A stretch of 64,000 nucleotides of DNA from a virus (taxonomy: Duplodnaviria; Caudoviricetes). The notes beneath the pieces are model-generated. The model was not told the origin of the DNA, made no database searches, and was given only the letters and a program-made list of their open reading frames with translations. Below are positions 47,588 to 57,318 of the stretch, in pieces (within the stretch, counting starts at the first letter, position 1; each line of letters begins with the position of its first letter). The translations under genes and the position numbers were made by a program. The DNA is taken from positions 1,009 to 65,008 of IMG/VR virus record IMGVR_UViG_3300031949_000028; one strand, 5' to 3'.

Positions 47588-48627
47588 ATATCGACTGGCA
47601 GAAAGCTCTCCAAGAAAGTTTAGACGGCGACGGCGCCGCGAAGAAGGACGAGACTGCAGAGGTCAAAGCCGACGACGCAACCGAAGCCAAGAAAGAGACC
47701 CAACAGGGTCACGAGACCCCCATCGAGACCAAGGTCGAGGCCAAGGTCGAAACGGGGAACAAGTCGGGTGAAGAGTCCGCTAAGGATGCCCTACAGCCGC
47801 TTGCCAGTTGGTCGGAAGAGGTCAAGACGTATTTCCTCTCGCTGGATAAAACGGGCCAGCAGTTCCTTTTGGACAGGCACAAAGAGTTCGAGGGTGACTA
47901 CACGAAGAAAACCCAAGAAGTCGCGGATGTCCGAAAGCGATACGAACGGCTCGATGATGTGCTCAAGCCCTACGATGAAATCGCTCGCCGAACGGGTACT
48001 GATCTTGCACCGGCTGTAGCAACGGCGTTGCAGTATTACGTCGCCTTTCAGCGCGATCCCTTGTCGCTAATCAAGACACTCATCCAAGCGAACAAGCTCA
48101 CAGCCGAACAGCTAGGACTTGTGGAGGACACGACCGATCCGGCCCAAAGGGCGCTCACGGACCGTTTGGCTAACACCGAACGAACTCTCGCGAGCATGCA
48201 GCAGGGTGCATCCCAAGCCAATGTGACTCAGCTCGTCACTCGCGTGACCGAGTTCAAAGACGCGAAAGACGAGAAAGGCAATCCCAAGTACCCGTATTTC
48301 GATCGTGTACGAACGCTGATGGCTCCGATCGTCGATGCCGGCAAATCGCTAGAGGACTCCTACAAAGAGGCCGTCTGGGCGGTACCGGAATATCGACAGG
48401 AGATGGAGAAGTCGGCGCAAGTCGCTCGCGAAACCGCACACGCTGCGGCCGAGAAAGAACGAGAGAAGGAACGGTTAGCCAAAGCGGAAAAGGAACGACT
48501 CGAGAAATTGAAGAGTGCCAAAGCCGCCGAAACTCTACCGTCATCCGATACGGACAAAGGAAAGCAGAAAACCGAGTTCAAAGGATGGGCCAGCGCTTTG
48601 CAGGAAGAACTTTCATCAATGCAATAG
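47539..48627 (+). CDS. capsid scaffolding protein
   Basis: acidic, helical, directly upstream of the capsid gene. Confidence 0.75.
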   Translation: MQEPDGELGAVEESSVDIDWQKALQESLDGDGAAKKDETAEVKADDATEAKKETQQGHETPIETKVEAKVETGNKSGEESAKDALQPLASWSEEVKTYFLSLDKTGQQFLLDRHKEFEGDYTKKTQEVADVRKRYERLDDVLKPYDEIARRTGTDLAPAVATALQYYVAFQRDPLSLIKTLIQANKLTAEQLGLVEDTTDPAQRALTDRLANTERTLASMQQGASQANVTQLVTRVTEFKDAKDEKGNPKYPYFDRVRTLMAPIVDAGKSLEDSYKEAVWAVPEYRQEMEKSAQVARETAHAAAEKEREKERLAKAEKERLEKLKSAKAAETLPSSDTDKGKQKTEFKGWASALQEELSSMQ

Positions 48628-48638
48628 GAGCAAAGTAA

Positions 48639-50461
48639 ATGGCAAGTCCGAATCTTTCGGAGCTTGTTACAACGACTCTTCGCAAGCGTCAAGGGCAGTT
48701 GTCCGACAACGTTTCCAAGTCGAACGCATTGCTTTCGCGGGTCATGGCCCGCGGCAATCTCGATACGGTGACGGGTGGGCGGACGATAGTACGTGAACTC
48801 GAATACGCTGTGTGATTTCGGCCTCTAGCGGCGCGATCTGCTAGAGAATCAGCATAATTTGCTGGAAACCCCTTAGAGCTTCCAAGACCAAAGGGTGAAA
48901 CTGTGGAAGATTGGGCAATCAGCAGCCAAAGACATGTGTTTGACAGGTTAGCTTATACCATTGGTTTTTTTCTGGGTGATGGCTGTCTAACTTCATATCC
49001 GTTCAAGTCGTCGAGCAACGGAAGAACGTACTACAAGAACGATGTGGTATTTGTTTCTTCTGACTTGGAGTCTCTTGAAAAGGCTCATGAACAGATAGCA
49101 GACGTGTTCGGCAAGAGTTACGCGTTCGTAAGGCGCACTCTCAAATCCGGAACGCCGCACTGGAACTTCTGCGCTCACCGTAGGGACATCTTCGACTTCT
49201 TCGCAGTTAATACTGCGATGAGGAAGGAAATCCCTAAGTACTATTTTTCAGCAGAGGCTTCGGTACAGAAAGAGTTGATAGCGGGTCTGATGGACACGGA
49301 CGGGCATTGCACCAGAACAACGGGTGGCAGTGGACTTCCGCGTTGGCAGATCGGTTTTAGCAATGGCAATCTTGGTCTTGTGCAAGACGTGGCCTCCATT
49401 CTGCAGAAGCACAATGTTTCTGTTGGAGCGATCACCGAAGGCAGAAAGGCCGGGTATAAGTCAATGTGGATCATTCATCCAAATATCCGTCAGTACATCG
49501 ACAGAGGGTTTGGGTTTAGCGTACTGCGTAAGCAGCAACGCTTGAATGATTACGTCAGTCACGTGTCTGGCTCAGAGACTACAATGGCTGCACCCTTGAC
49601 ATAGGGTGAAGGTATAGTCCTCCCGTATCTGAAAATATACGGATTCAGGAAAATTCGACGTTTATGTACTATTCGGGCTATGAGAGCCTGAATATTTCGC
49701 CCTCAGACGTTTTTTCTGCCGCAGAGTACGATTGGAAGCAAGCAGCAGTTAACGTTTCGTGGTCTGGTCTCGAAGCTCGAATTCAAAACAGCGGTGACGC
49801 GGCGAGCATCAAGCTCGTTGCAGGCCGGATTAAGAATGCCGAGCGGACGATGCGCAACCAGATATCGATCGGCATCTACTCGGACGGGTCGGGAAGCGGC
49901 GGCAAGCAGATCACTGGGTTGCAGTCCCAGGTTGCTGATGCGCCCTCGACCGGAACTGTGGGCGGGATCAACCGTGCGAACTTCGCGTTCTTCCAGAATC
50001 AAACGGTCACGATCACGTCCACGGATAACACGTCCGAGCTCGCGGCGGACATGCGGACTCTCTGGTCTGCGTGCTCACGCGGGGTGGATAAGCCGGACCT
50101 TATCGTGGCGGGCGCTACTCTGTATGACCTCTTTTGGTCGGACATGCAGAGCATCCAACGGGTGACGCAAGCGGGCAGCGGGAGCAAGGGTTTTTCAGAA
50201 CTCGACTTTCGCGGCGTGCCGGTCGTGCTCGATGGAGGTCAGGCGACGGGATCGGCGATCGATTGGGGCGGCGGCATCTCGGCAACAAGACTTTATATGC
50301 TTAATACCGAATATATTTATTGGTCGGTACACAGCAAGACCAACATGGTCCCGGCTGAGGAGCGTATGTCTTTGAACCAAGACGCTACCGTAGTTCCGCT
50401 TCTGTGGGCAGGCAATCTCACGATGAGTAACGCCGGCCTTCAGGGCGTCATCCACACTTAA
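48639..50461 (+). CDS. major capsid protein, spliced (exons 48639-48809 and 49649-50461; 327 aa)
   Basis: joining gives MASPNLSELVTTTLRKR...GGRTIVRELEYA/ENSTFMYYSGYESLNISPSDVFSAAEYDWKQ, in frame. Confidence 0.88.
48810..49648 (+). mobile_element. group I self-splicing intron (839 nt)
   Basis: 5' exon ends in U; terminal omega-G; P (AATTTGCTGGAAA), Q (AATCAGCAG), R (TCAGAGACTACA), S (AAGGTATAGTCC); candidate IGS TTTCGGC at 48816-22. Confidence 0.9.
48903..49604 (+). CDS. intron-encoded LAGLIDADG homing endonuclease
   Basis: AYTIGFFLGDGC and LIAGLMDTDG motifs. Confidence 0.88.
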   Translation: MEDWAISSQRHVFDRLAYTIGFFLGDGCLTSYPFKSSSNGRTYYKNDVVFVSSDLESLEKAHEQIADVFGKSYAFVRRTLKSGTPHWNFCAHRRDIFDFFAVNTAMRKEIPKYYFSAEASVQKELIAGLMDTDGHCTRTTGGSGLPRWQIGFSNGNLGLVQDVASILQKHNVSVGAITEGRKAGYKSMWIIHPNIRQYIDRGFGFSVLRKQQRLNDYVSHVSGSETTMAAPLT

Positions 50462-50471
50462 GGAGACGACA

Positions 50472-50975
50472 ATGACTGACTCAGCATTGGGGCTCTTGGG
50501 GGTGGACTTGGACAACGTGTACACGTCCGCGGGGGAATTGCCGCATCAGCAGGGCGCTCCGGTTCGCACCAAGAATGGTGTGGCCGTGCTCGTCAAGGCT
50601 GGTTCGGCGATTCCGCAATACTCGTTGGTGGTCTATTCGCCTTCGAGTGCCGCGGCATCGGCGTCCGTGGTTGCCTTCCCGGCTTCTTTGACCAATGTGT
50701 CAACGCGACTCTTCGCGGTGGCGCAAACGTCGATCGCCAAAGACAGCTACGGATGGGTGCATACGGAGTGCGAGAAGGAGGGCCGGATTCTCTGCAACAC
50801 GGCAGAGACTGGAGTACCTCTGTATCTCTTGGGTAGCGGCGGACAAGTTGACGATGCGGTGACTTCGGGGAAGGCTCTACAAAATCTCTGGATTCTCGCA
50901 TCCGTCGCGGCGTCGCTCTCAGCGCCTCCGGCGATTTGGCGCAACATCGCGCTCGATCGCAATCAGTTGGCCTAG
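50472..50975 (+). CDS. putative capsid decoration protein
   Basis: immediately after the capsid gene, before a terminator; AQTSIAKDSYGWV. Confidence 0.55.
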   Translation: MTDSALGLLGVDLDNVYTSAGELPHQQGAPVRTKNGVAVLVKAGSAIPQYSLVVYSPSSAAASASVVAFPASLTNVSTRLFAVAQTSIAKDSYGWVHTECEKEGRILCNTAETGVPLYLLGSGGQVDDAVTSGKALQNLWILASVAASLSAPPAIWRNIALDRNQLA

Positions 50976-51000
50976 TTCGCGTTTCAGTAGTCTCGGTTTT

Positions 51001-51029
51001 GGGGGCCAGAAATGGCCCCCTTTCTTTTT
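51001..51029 (+). terminator. intrinsic terminator
   Basis: GGGGGCCA-gaaa-TGGCCCCC followed by TTTCTTTTT. Confidence 0.85.
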
Positions 51030-51921
51030 GGAGGAGGAGCCTCTTTTGATTCCACAGAATCTTGCGCCATTGGTCGTGCTCGCTCGTTGCGTAGCAGACT
51101 TCCCGACGATTCGGGAGCATGTGAAGTACTGCTCTGGGCTTGGGTTGAAGTTCTTCACTCCGACGCCTACTCGTCACAACTTGGAAGCCGTATTGGTAGG
51201 GTCTGGTCCGTCCGTCAAAGACGAGATCAAGAACCTTGCCAAGAAGCGCCGTGATCCGAAGTTCATGTTCTTCGGCATCAAGGGCGGACATGATTTTTTG
51301 GTTAAGAACGACATTCGGCCGCACTTCGGAGTGGCGGTTGATCCGTTGGAGAGAATCCACCGCGAGAACTTCTTGGAGAAAGCGGCGGAGTGTAAATACT
51401 TTATCGCGTCACAGTGCCATCCGACGCTATTCGACATGCTGATCGCTCGGGGCGAGCAGGTCATCATCTGGCACTTGCTGACCGATAACTTGATGAAGTG
51501 GGCGCAGGAAGAAGGATCGCCCGTCTTTCGCCACTACATGATTCCCGGCGGCTCGACGTCGGGGCTTCGGACGATCGTTCTGGCTTACGCGATGGGCTTT
51601 CGCAAGTTCCATCTGTACGGCTACGACTCGTGTTTGTCAGCGACAGATCCGAAGAAGCCGCCGAACTTGAGAAAGATCAACGGTGAGCTTTGCGACGGTA
51701 AGGATGAAAAGGGCCGAGATAAGGCGATTAGCGTCTACGTCGCCGGTAAAGAGTTCAGAGCGGATCGTGCCATGGCTGCTCAAGCCACGGAGTTCCAAAC
51801 GCTCCTAAAGAGCATGTGGAAGAACGACGATCCGTTTCAGGTCAGGGGATACGGCAAGGGGATGATTCAGACGATCGTCCGGGAGCGCTACAAAGAGGGG
51901 GCTCCTGAGTGCTCGCTATAA
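51028..51921 (+). CDS. DUF115/MptE-like (Maf-type) sugar-transferase-like protein
   Basis: AVLVGSGPSV, RPHFGVAVDP, IPGGSTSGLRTIVLAYAMGFRKFHLYGYDS. Confidence 0.75.
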   Translation: MEEEPLLIPQNLAPLVVLARCVADFPTIREHVKYCSGLGLKFFTPTPTRHNLEAVLVGSGPSVKDEIKNLAKKRRDPKFMFFGIKGGHDFLVKNDIRPHFGVAVDPLERIHRENFLEKAAECKYFIASQCHPTLFDMLIARGEQVIIWHLLTDNLMKWAQEEGSPVFRHYMIPGGSTSGLRTIVLAYAMGFRKFHLYGYDSCLSATDPKKPPNLRKINGELCDGKDEKGRDKAISVYVAGKEFRADRAMAAQATEFQTLLKSMWKNDDPFQVRGYGKGMIQTIVRERYKEGAPECSL

Positions 51922-52583
51922 CAACGTTTCACCCCGACACGTTCAAGGCGTTCGCCCGAGATTGCGTTTTGCGCATGAGTCAACTATGGCCGGGCCCGAT
52001 CCGAGTTTACTTCGAGAGCTCGGCTCCTCCGGCGCTCGATGGGACGGGGGTCGAGTGCCGGCCTCTCAATTCTCCGGAACGCTCCGCGTTCTTGGCGCGA
52101 GAGATTCCAGATCGTAGGGGGTTCTTGTGGGACGCGAAGCGGTTTTGCCACAAGGTTTTCGCGCAGCTCGACGCGGCGGCAGAGGGTGAGCCGTTCTGGT
52201 GGATCGATGCCGATGTCGCGATCTTCCGCCGAGTTCCTGAGGAGCTCTTGGAGCAACATGAGCTCGTGACGTTCTTGGGGCGTGACACGTACACCGAAAC
52301 CGGATTGGTTGGCTTCAACCCGAAGCACCCCGAGTTCGCGGAGTTCATCTCGCGCTATCGCTCGATGTACACGGACGGAAAGATCCTTGATTTGCCAGGA
52401 TGGACCGATTGCCATGCGTTCGACGCGGCGCGTCAAGGCATGGGTCGAGACCTAACTCCGGATGGGAAGGGGTTTGACAATGTGATGGTGGAGTCTCCCT
52501 TTGGGCCGTACATGGCTCACTACAAAGGGCCGCTCAAGTTGGAGCTGTATCGACTAGGAGGAGCGAATGCAGTTAACGGTTAG
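51909..52583 (+). CDS. putative nucleotide-diphospho-sugar transferase
   Basis: KRFCHKVFAQ, WWIDADV (DxD), GWTDCHAFD. Confidence 0.7.
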   Translation: MLAITTFHPDTFKAFARDCVLRMSQLWPGPIRVYFESSAPPALDGTGVECRPLNSPERSAFLAREIPDRRGFLWDAKRFCHKVFAQLDAAAEGEPFWWIDADVAIFRRVPEELLEQHELVTFLGRDTYTETGLVGFNPKHPEFAEFISRYRSMYTDGKILDLPGWTDCHAFDAARQGMGRDLTPDGKGFDNVMVESPFGPYMAHYKGPLKLELYRLGGANAVNG

Positions 52584-52741
52584 CGAGATGTCAATCAGAC
52601 TGTGCCCTGATTGCTTCGCCGCATTTAGAAGTTGCGATAAATGCGCTATGTGCGGATCGGAGAGAGGGGCTGTTTGTTTTTGGATAGACGAATCGACTGA
52701 CCGTTTGTTTCAGTTGGTTAGCGACAAATCTGGAGGAGCCA

Positions 52742-53359
52742 GTGAGATTTCAGCAAATTCATGATTGGATCGAGACGCACAAACCGGAAACGATTCTGGA
52801 GACCGGGACTTGGAATGCGCAAAACGCAGTGCGGATGTTGAAGCAGGGGGCCAAGAGCTACATCGGGTTTGATCTGTGGGAGGACGGAGACGAAGTTCTC
52901 GATGAATGCGAGAACAACGTCAAGAAACGGGTCACGTTCCTGGAAGCCCAGACCGTGCTTCGGGATTTCACTGCGGAGCTCATCAAGGGCAATACCCGAG
53001 AGACGTTGCCGTACTACGTCACGGGGAAGAAACCGTTCGTGGACATGGCGCTCATCGACGGTGGGCATTCCAAGGGAACGATCAAGAACGATCTTCTGAA
53101 AATCCTCGAGATCATGAAGCCATCGGGCGTCATTTTCATCGACGACTACTACTTCGGCTGTACAGACGCGGGTATCGGCGCTCAGAGTCTCATGGGAGAG
53201 ATTCAGCTTCCGTACACCGTCCTACCGAAAGCGGATAAGACCAAGGGCGGGTATCTCGTGAAGCTCGTTCAGATCAACATGAACGAAGTTCCGAGACCGA
53301 ACGCTTGGGAAGTCCCTGAGGCTCAGGCGTGGAAGTTCGCGCCTGGTGAAGCTGCGTGA
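52742..53359 (+). CDS. class I SAM methyltransferase (Methyltransf_24-like)
   Basis: ILETGTWNA, ALIDGGHS, VIFIDDY. Confidence 0.8.
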   Translation: MRFQQIHDWIETHKPETILETGTWNAQNAVRMLKQGAKSYIGFDLWEDGDEVLDECENNVKKRVTFLEAQTVLRDFTAELIKGNTRETLPYYVTGKKPFVDMALIDGGHSKGTIKNDLLKILEIMKPSGVIFIDDYYFGCTDAGIGAQSLMGEIQLPYTVLPKADKTKGGYLVKLVQINMNEVPRPNAWEVPEAQAWKFAPGEAA

Positions 53360-54072
53360 ACATGCTAGTCGTGGCTATTGGTTACGACGTTAGGGAGTCG
53401 ATAACATTTCACGTTCTTGAGCAGTCGATCATCAATCGGACGAGCGTTCCAGTCGCGATCATCCCATTGGCTTCGCAGATGCTCAGAGACTTCGACGGGC
53501 AGAGAGACGGAACCAATAGCTTCATCTACTCGCGGTTCTTGGTGCCAGAGCTGATGGACTACCAGGGATGGGCTCTCTATATGGATTCCGACATGCTTCT
53601 TAGAGACGATCTCGCGAAGCTGTGGAATCTTCGTGACGACTCCAAGGCGGTGATGGTGGTCGAGCATGATTACCACACGAAGTACCGCCGGAAGCTGATC
53701 GGGACTCCGATGGAGTGCGATAACGCTGACTATCCGAAGAAGAATCACAGCAGCCTGATTCTTTGGAACTGCGGTCATCCAAGTAACAGGATCGTAAATC
53801 GGGAGTTTGCCCAGGAGTCTCCTGGGAGCGTCTTGCACCGGTTTCAATGGCTCAGGGACGAAGAGATTGGCTCGTTGTCGCTGGAGTGGAATTGGCTCTG
53901 TGGGGAATACCAGTTCAACGCAGAAGCCAAGAATGTTCACTTCACGATTGGCGCTCCGTGTTTTAGTCATTACGCGAAGTGTGACTACGCCGGCGAGTGG
54001 CACGCTATGAGTGACGAAGTTAACGACAGACTTGATATGAGAGAACTGTTATCAGATAGGAGGACAGCATGA
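53356..54072 (+). CDS. glycosyltransferase (GT-A fold, GT8-like)
   Basis: IGYDVRE, FIYSRFLVP, ALYMDSDML, KNHSSLILWNC, WNWL, VHFTIGAP. Confidence 0.85.
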   Translation: MNMLVVAIGYDVRESITFHVLEQSIINRTSVPVAIIPLASQMLRDFDGQRDGTNSFIYSRFLVPELMDYQGWALYMDSDMLLRDDLAKLWNLRDDSKAVMVVEHDYHTKYRRKLIGTPMECDNADYPKKNHSSLILWNCGHPSNRIVNREFAQESPGSVLHRFQWLRDEEIGSLSLEWNWLCGEYQFNAEAKNVHFTIGAPCFSHYAKCDYAGEWHAMSDEVNDRLDMRELLSDRRTA

Positions 54073-54644
54073 GCGAAGGTTTTGACTACGAAGCGCACCG
54101 CGCTATGAGTCAGGGCAATCCTGACAAGGCGCTGCTCGTTACATTCGAGTGGGCGTCAGAGAAGCAGAAAGACGGGACTTTCAAGAACGTCGAGATGATC
54201 CGGATTTGGATGGGCAAGAATTCCGAGGTCGTCCGGAAGGTCATTCCGGAAGATATCGTTCGTTTCGCGCCTCGGTACGAGGCTTTCAAGAAGGGCGAGG
54301 AAATGCCGTTGGACGGCACTCCTATTGCGCTGTGTGCCTTCGCGACTCCGGCTGATGTTTCTGCCTGTAAGGCAGAGCGGATCTTCACGCTGGAACAGTT
54401 GGTGGAGACCGCTGATGAGCGGCTACAAAAGTCGAAGCTCATCAATCTGAAGTACAAGGCGCGCGACTTTATAGAGGCACGAGCTAGAACTGGGTTTGTC
54501 GGTGAGTTGCGAGATCAGATCAATTCATTGAAGGCACAGGTCGATGTGCTCAAGGAGAAGGACGGGTTGATCTCAGAGCTTCGGTCTGAAATCGAATCGC
54601 TGAGAAAGCAGGTCGATAAACCCGCTCGGAGACAGACCGCGTAA
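54069..54644 (+). CDS. conserved phage protein with coiled coil
   Basis: FAPRYEAFKKG...PLDGTP...IFTLEQL. Confidence 0.7.
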   Translation: MSEGFDYEAHRAMSQGNPDKALLVTFEWASEKQKDGTFKNVEMIRIWMGKNSEVVRKVIPEDIVRFAPRYEAFKKGEEMPLDGTPIALCAFATPADVSACKAERIFTLEQLVETADERLQKSKLINLKYKARDFIEARARTGFVGELRDQINSLKAQVDVLKEKDGLISELRSEIESLRKQVDKPARRQTA

Positions 54645-55352
54645 ATGGCAACGCTCAAGGATATCGTCAACAACGTTCTGACCGAGAGCGGTTATCAGGA
54701 ACTCGATACCGTTGTCGGTAATGGCTCAAACACCGCTCGACGGATCTTGGGGCTAGGGCAGCGTGAAGGTCGCACGCTCGCCAAGAAGAACTGGACGATT
54801 CTGCTCAAGAGAAACGTGCTAAGCACGGCGTCGTCAGCAGAGAGCTACGCTTTGCCAACCGATTTCGATCGGTTCATCGACAATACTCACTGGAACGTCA
54901 GCCAGCAACGCAGGATGGCTGGGCCTATCTCCGTTCAGCACTGGCAGGCCAACAAGTCGGGAGTGGGTACGCTCACAGTCAACGATCGGTTTCAGATCCG
55001 TGCCGATGGCAATCAGAACCGATATTTCATCGATCCTATTCCGACTTCGGCTGAAAGCGTTTCGTTCTTCTACATCTCGAAAGCCTGGTGTCGAGCGAAC
55101 GGTGGAGAGCGGCAGGTGAAGTGGTTGGCTGACAACGACGTGTTGCTGCTAGATGACTTTGTTTACGAGCTCGGCCTGAAATGGCGTTGGCTGCATTCGC
55201 AGCGCAGGCCCTACCAGGAGGAGTATGGCGAGTACGTCGTTGAGCGCGACAAGGCCATTGCCAGAGACGGCGATCTCGCCACGCTGAGCATCCTGGGGCC
55301 GTCAGAGGATATCAGGCCGTTCGCCAATATCCCCGAGACTGGATTCGGCTGA
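54645..55352 (+). CDS. head-tail adaptor / tail tubular protein A-like
   Basis: position; YALPTDFDRF; LGLKWRW. Confidence 0.7.
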   Translation: MATLKDIVNNVLTESGYQELDTVVGNGSNTARRILGLGQREGRTLAKKNWTILLKRNVLSTASSAESYALPTDFDRFIDNTHWNVSQQRRMAGPISVQHWQANKSGVGTLTVNDRFQIRADGNQNRYFIDPIPTSAESVSFFYISKAWCRANGGERQVKWLADNDVLLLDDFVYELGLKWRWLHSQRRPYQEEYGEYVVERDKAIARDGDLATLSILGPSEDIRPFANIPETGFG

Positions 55353-56842
55353 TGGCAGTCGATAGGAATGGGAGCGCGGAGCTTAAGTCATCTCCGGCGC
55401 CTACGGGCGGGTGGAATACTCTCGACCCGCTAGCCGAGATGCCCAAGGGCGATGCTGCGCTTCTAACGAACCTCATTCCCGATACCAACGGCGTGCGGTT
55501 ACGAGACGGGTATTCGCAATTCTGTGAGACGGGAAGCGCTCATGTCGATTTCCTGAAAACGTTCGATACGCCGTTTGGACCGCGATTCATCGCCGCGTCA
55601 AGTAAGGCTCTGTACGACATCACGACCGGAACTGCGTCGAGTATCAAAACGGGGTTCTTTCGCGACGACTGGAACTCAGCAGTCATGAACGGCCGCATGG
55701 GACTCGTCAACGGGGGTGATGATCCGGTGCAACTGAGCTTTGCTCCGGGCGGCATAGAGATTTCTAACCTGACGTTGCAGGGGACTCCATCGCCCGAAAA
55801 GTTCAAGGTCATTCACGTCTACAAATCACGATCCTATTTCGCGACCGGTACTGAGCCTGAGTTCTGGTACTCGGCGGTCAATGCATTGGGCGGAACAGTA
55901 ACGCGGTTCCCGATCGATCGGGTTTCTGGAACCGGCGGAAACGTCATCGACATCAAGTCCTGGACGATCGATGGCGGTAGCGGACCGGATGACTTCTTTG
56001 TGCTCTTTCTCGATTCCGGAGAAGTGATTGTTTACCAGGGGGATGATCCGGGCGGCGGATTAACCACTTGGGCACTGGTCGGTCGTTATTCGGTAGGGAA
56101 GATCATTACCTCCGTGCAGTTCGCAGGCCAGATTCATGCGGTGACGGATTTCGACTACAACGTGTTCCCGCGTGACTTCGAGAATCAGGGACTGACGCCT
56201 CCTACAAAACTATCCGGAGCCGCGAAACAGTCGGTGAAGCAGAAGGGCGGATTGCCTCGCTGGCAAGTGCTGTTCGTTCCTAATCGGGGATTGAAGATCA
56301 TCAACGTTCCGCAAAGCGAGTCAGCGATGTATCAGCACGTCACGAACTTGAGCAGCGGCGGGCACTGTCTGTTCAAGGATCTGAACGCTACGCGATGGGA
56401 GCTGTTCAAGGGCGAACTGTACTTCGGCGACATTTCGGGGAATGTGAACAGGTACGGTGGAACGAGTGACAACGGTACTGCGATCTCCTGGGAGATGGCG
56501 ACCGCTCCAGACCGATTGGGATCGCATCACGAAAAGAACATCTTGGAATACCGATCCGTCATCAGCGGGGAAGGGGCTCTCACCGAGTCCACCGGGATCG
56601 GCTACGACTACCAAGGGCCTGAGTTCATGCAGAGCATGACGACGCAGGCGCTAGGAACGCCTTGGAATACCTCTCCGTGGGATACGTCTGAGTGGTCGCA
56701 AGCCCCGCAGACAAAGGACGAATGGTTCACCGGCACTGGATCGGGGCAGGCCGTGCAGTATTTTTCCAGGGGCAGCGTCAAGGGCTTCACTCCGGTGTGG
56801 CACAGCATCGACTACCTGTACGAAATGAGTGACGTGCATTGA
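55352..56842 (+). CDS. tail nozzle / P22 gp10-like DNA stabilisation protein
   Basis: APTGGWN; beta-propeller-like pattern; position. Confidence 0.7.
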   Translation: MAVDRNGSAELKSSPAPTGGWNTLDPLAEMPKGDAALLTNLIPDTNGVRLRDGYSQFCETGSAHVDFLKTFDTPFGPRFIAASSKALYDITTGTASSIKTGFFRDDWNSAVMNGRMGLVNGGDDPVQLSFAPGGIEISNLTLQGTPSPEKFKVIHVYKSRSYFATGTEPEFWYSAVNALGGTVTRFPIDRVSGTGGNVIDIKSWTIDGGSGPDDFFVLFLDSGEVIVYQGDDPGGGLTTWALVGRYSVGKIITSVQFAGQIHAVTDFDYNVFPRDFENQGLTPPTKLSGAAKQSVKQKGGLPRWQVLFVPNRGLKIINVPQSESAMYQHVTNLSSGGHCLFKDLNATRWELFKGELYFGDISGNVNRYGGTSDNGTAISWEMATAPDRLGSHHEKNILEYRSVISGEGALTESTGIGYDYQGPEFMQSMTTQALGTPWNTSPWDTSEWSQAPQTKDEWFTGTGSGQAVQYFSRGSVKGFTPVWHSIDYLYEMSDVH

Positions 56843-57318
56843 TTGTTTTTCCGACTCCCGAACAAAACCTGTTTTTGAAAGCCTGGGTTGAGCAAAGGCT
56901 CAATGCTGCTTTGGGCGATTGTCGTTGCCTTGGCGTGATGCGAGATAACCGTCTAGTCGCAGTTGCAGCGTTCAATAACTACAAAGAATTTCCAGTAGGG
57001 TCGAAGCGAATTCCGTGCGACATCGAACTATCGTTTGCCTCTGATAATCCCAGATGGGCTACTCGGCAAGTAGTCACTTGGATTCTGAGTTACCCATTCG
57101 TGCAGCTAAAAACGCAACGAGTGACGCTGCTAGTCAAGAAATCGAATCGTATTGCAAGAAAACTTGCTATTGGGTTGGGGTTTCAGCACGAAGGCACACA
57201 CGCGCATGCGGCTAATAATTTAGAGGCCGTCATGAGCTATGGATTGACTCGCGTAGATTTTATGGAGAGATACCTAAGTGGGCTCAAAACGTCAACCGAC
57301 ACCGCCGCCAGCGCCTAA
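56839..57318 (+). CDS. GNAT-like acetyltransferase
   Basis: ILSYPFVQLKTQRVT..V..SN....KL..GLGFQHEG. Confidence 0.75.
   Translation: MIVFPTPEQNLFLKAWVEQRLNAALGDCRCLGVMRDNRLVAVAAFNNYKEFPVGSKRIPCDIELSFASDNPRWATRQVVTWILSYPFVQLKTQRVTLLVKKSNRIARKLAIGLGFQHEGTHAHAANNLEAVMSYGLTRVDFMERYLSGLKTSTDTAASA

Noticed and set aside
49664-50461. Stand-alone 265-aa capsid protein as given by the ORF track
   Set aside because: It lacks the N-terminus encoded at 48639-48809; it is exon 2 of the spliced gene
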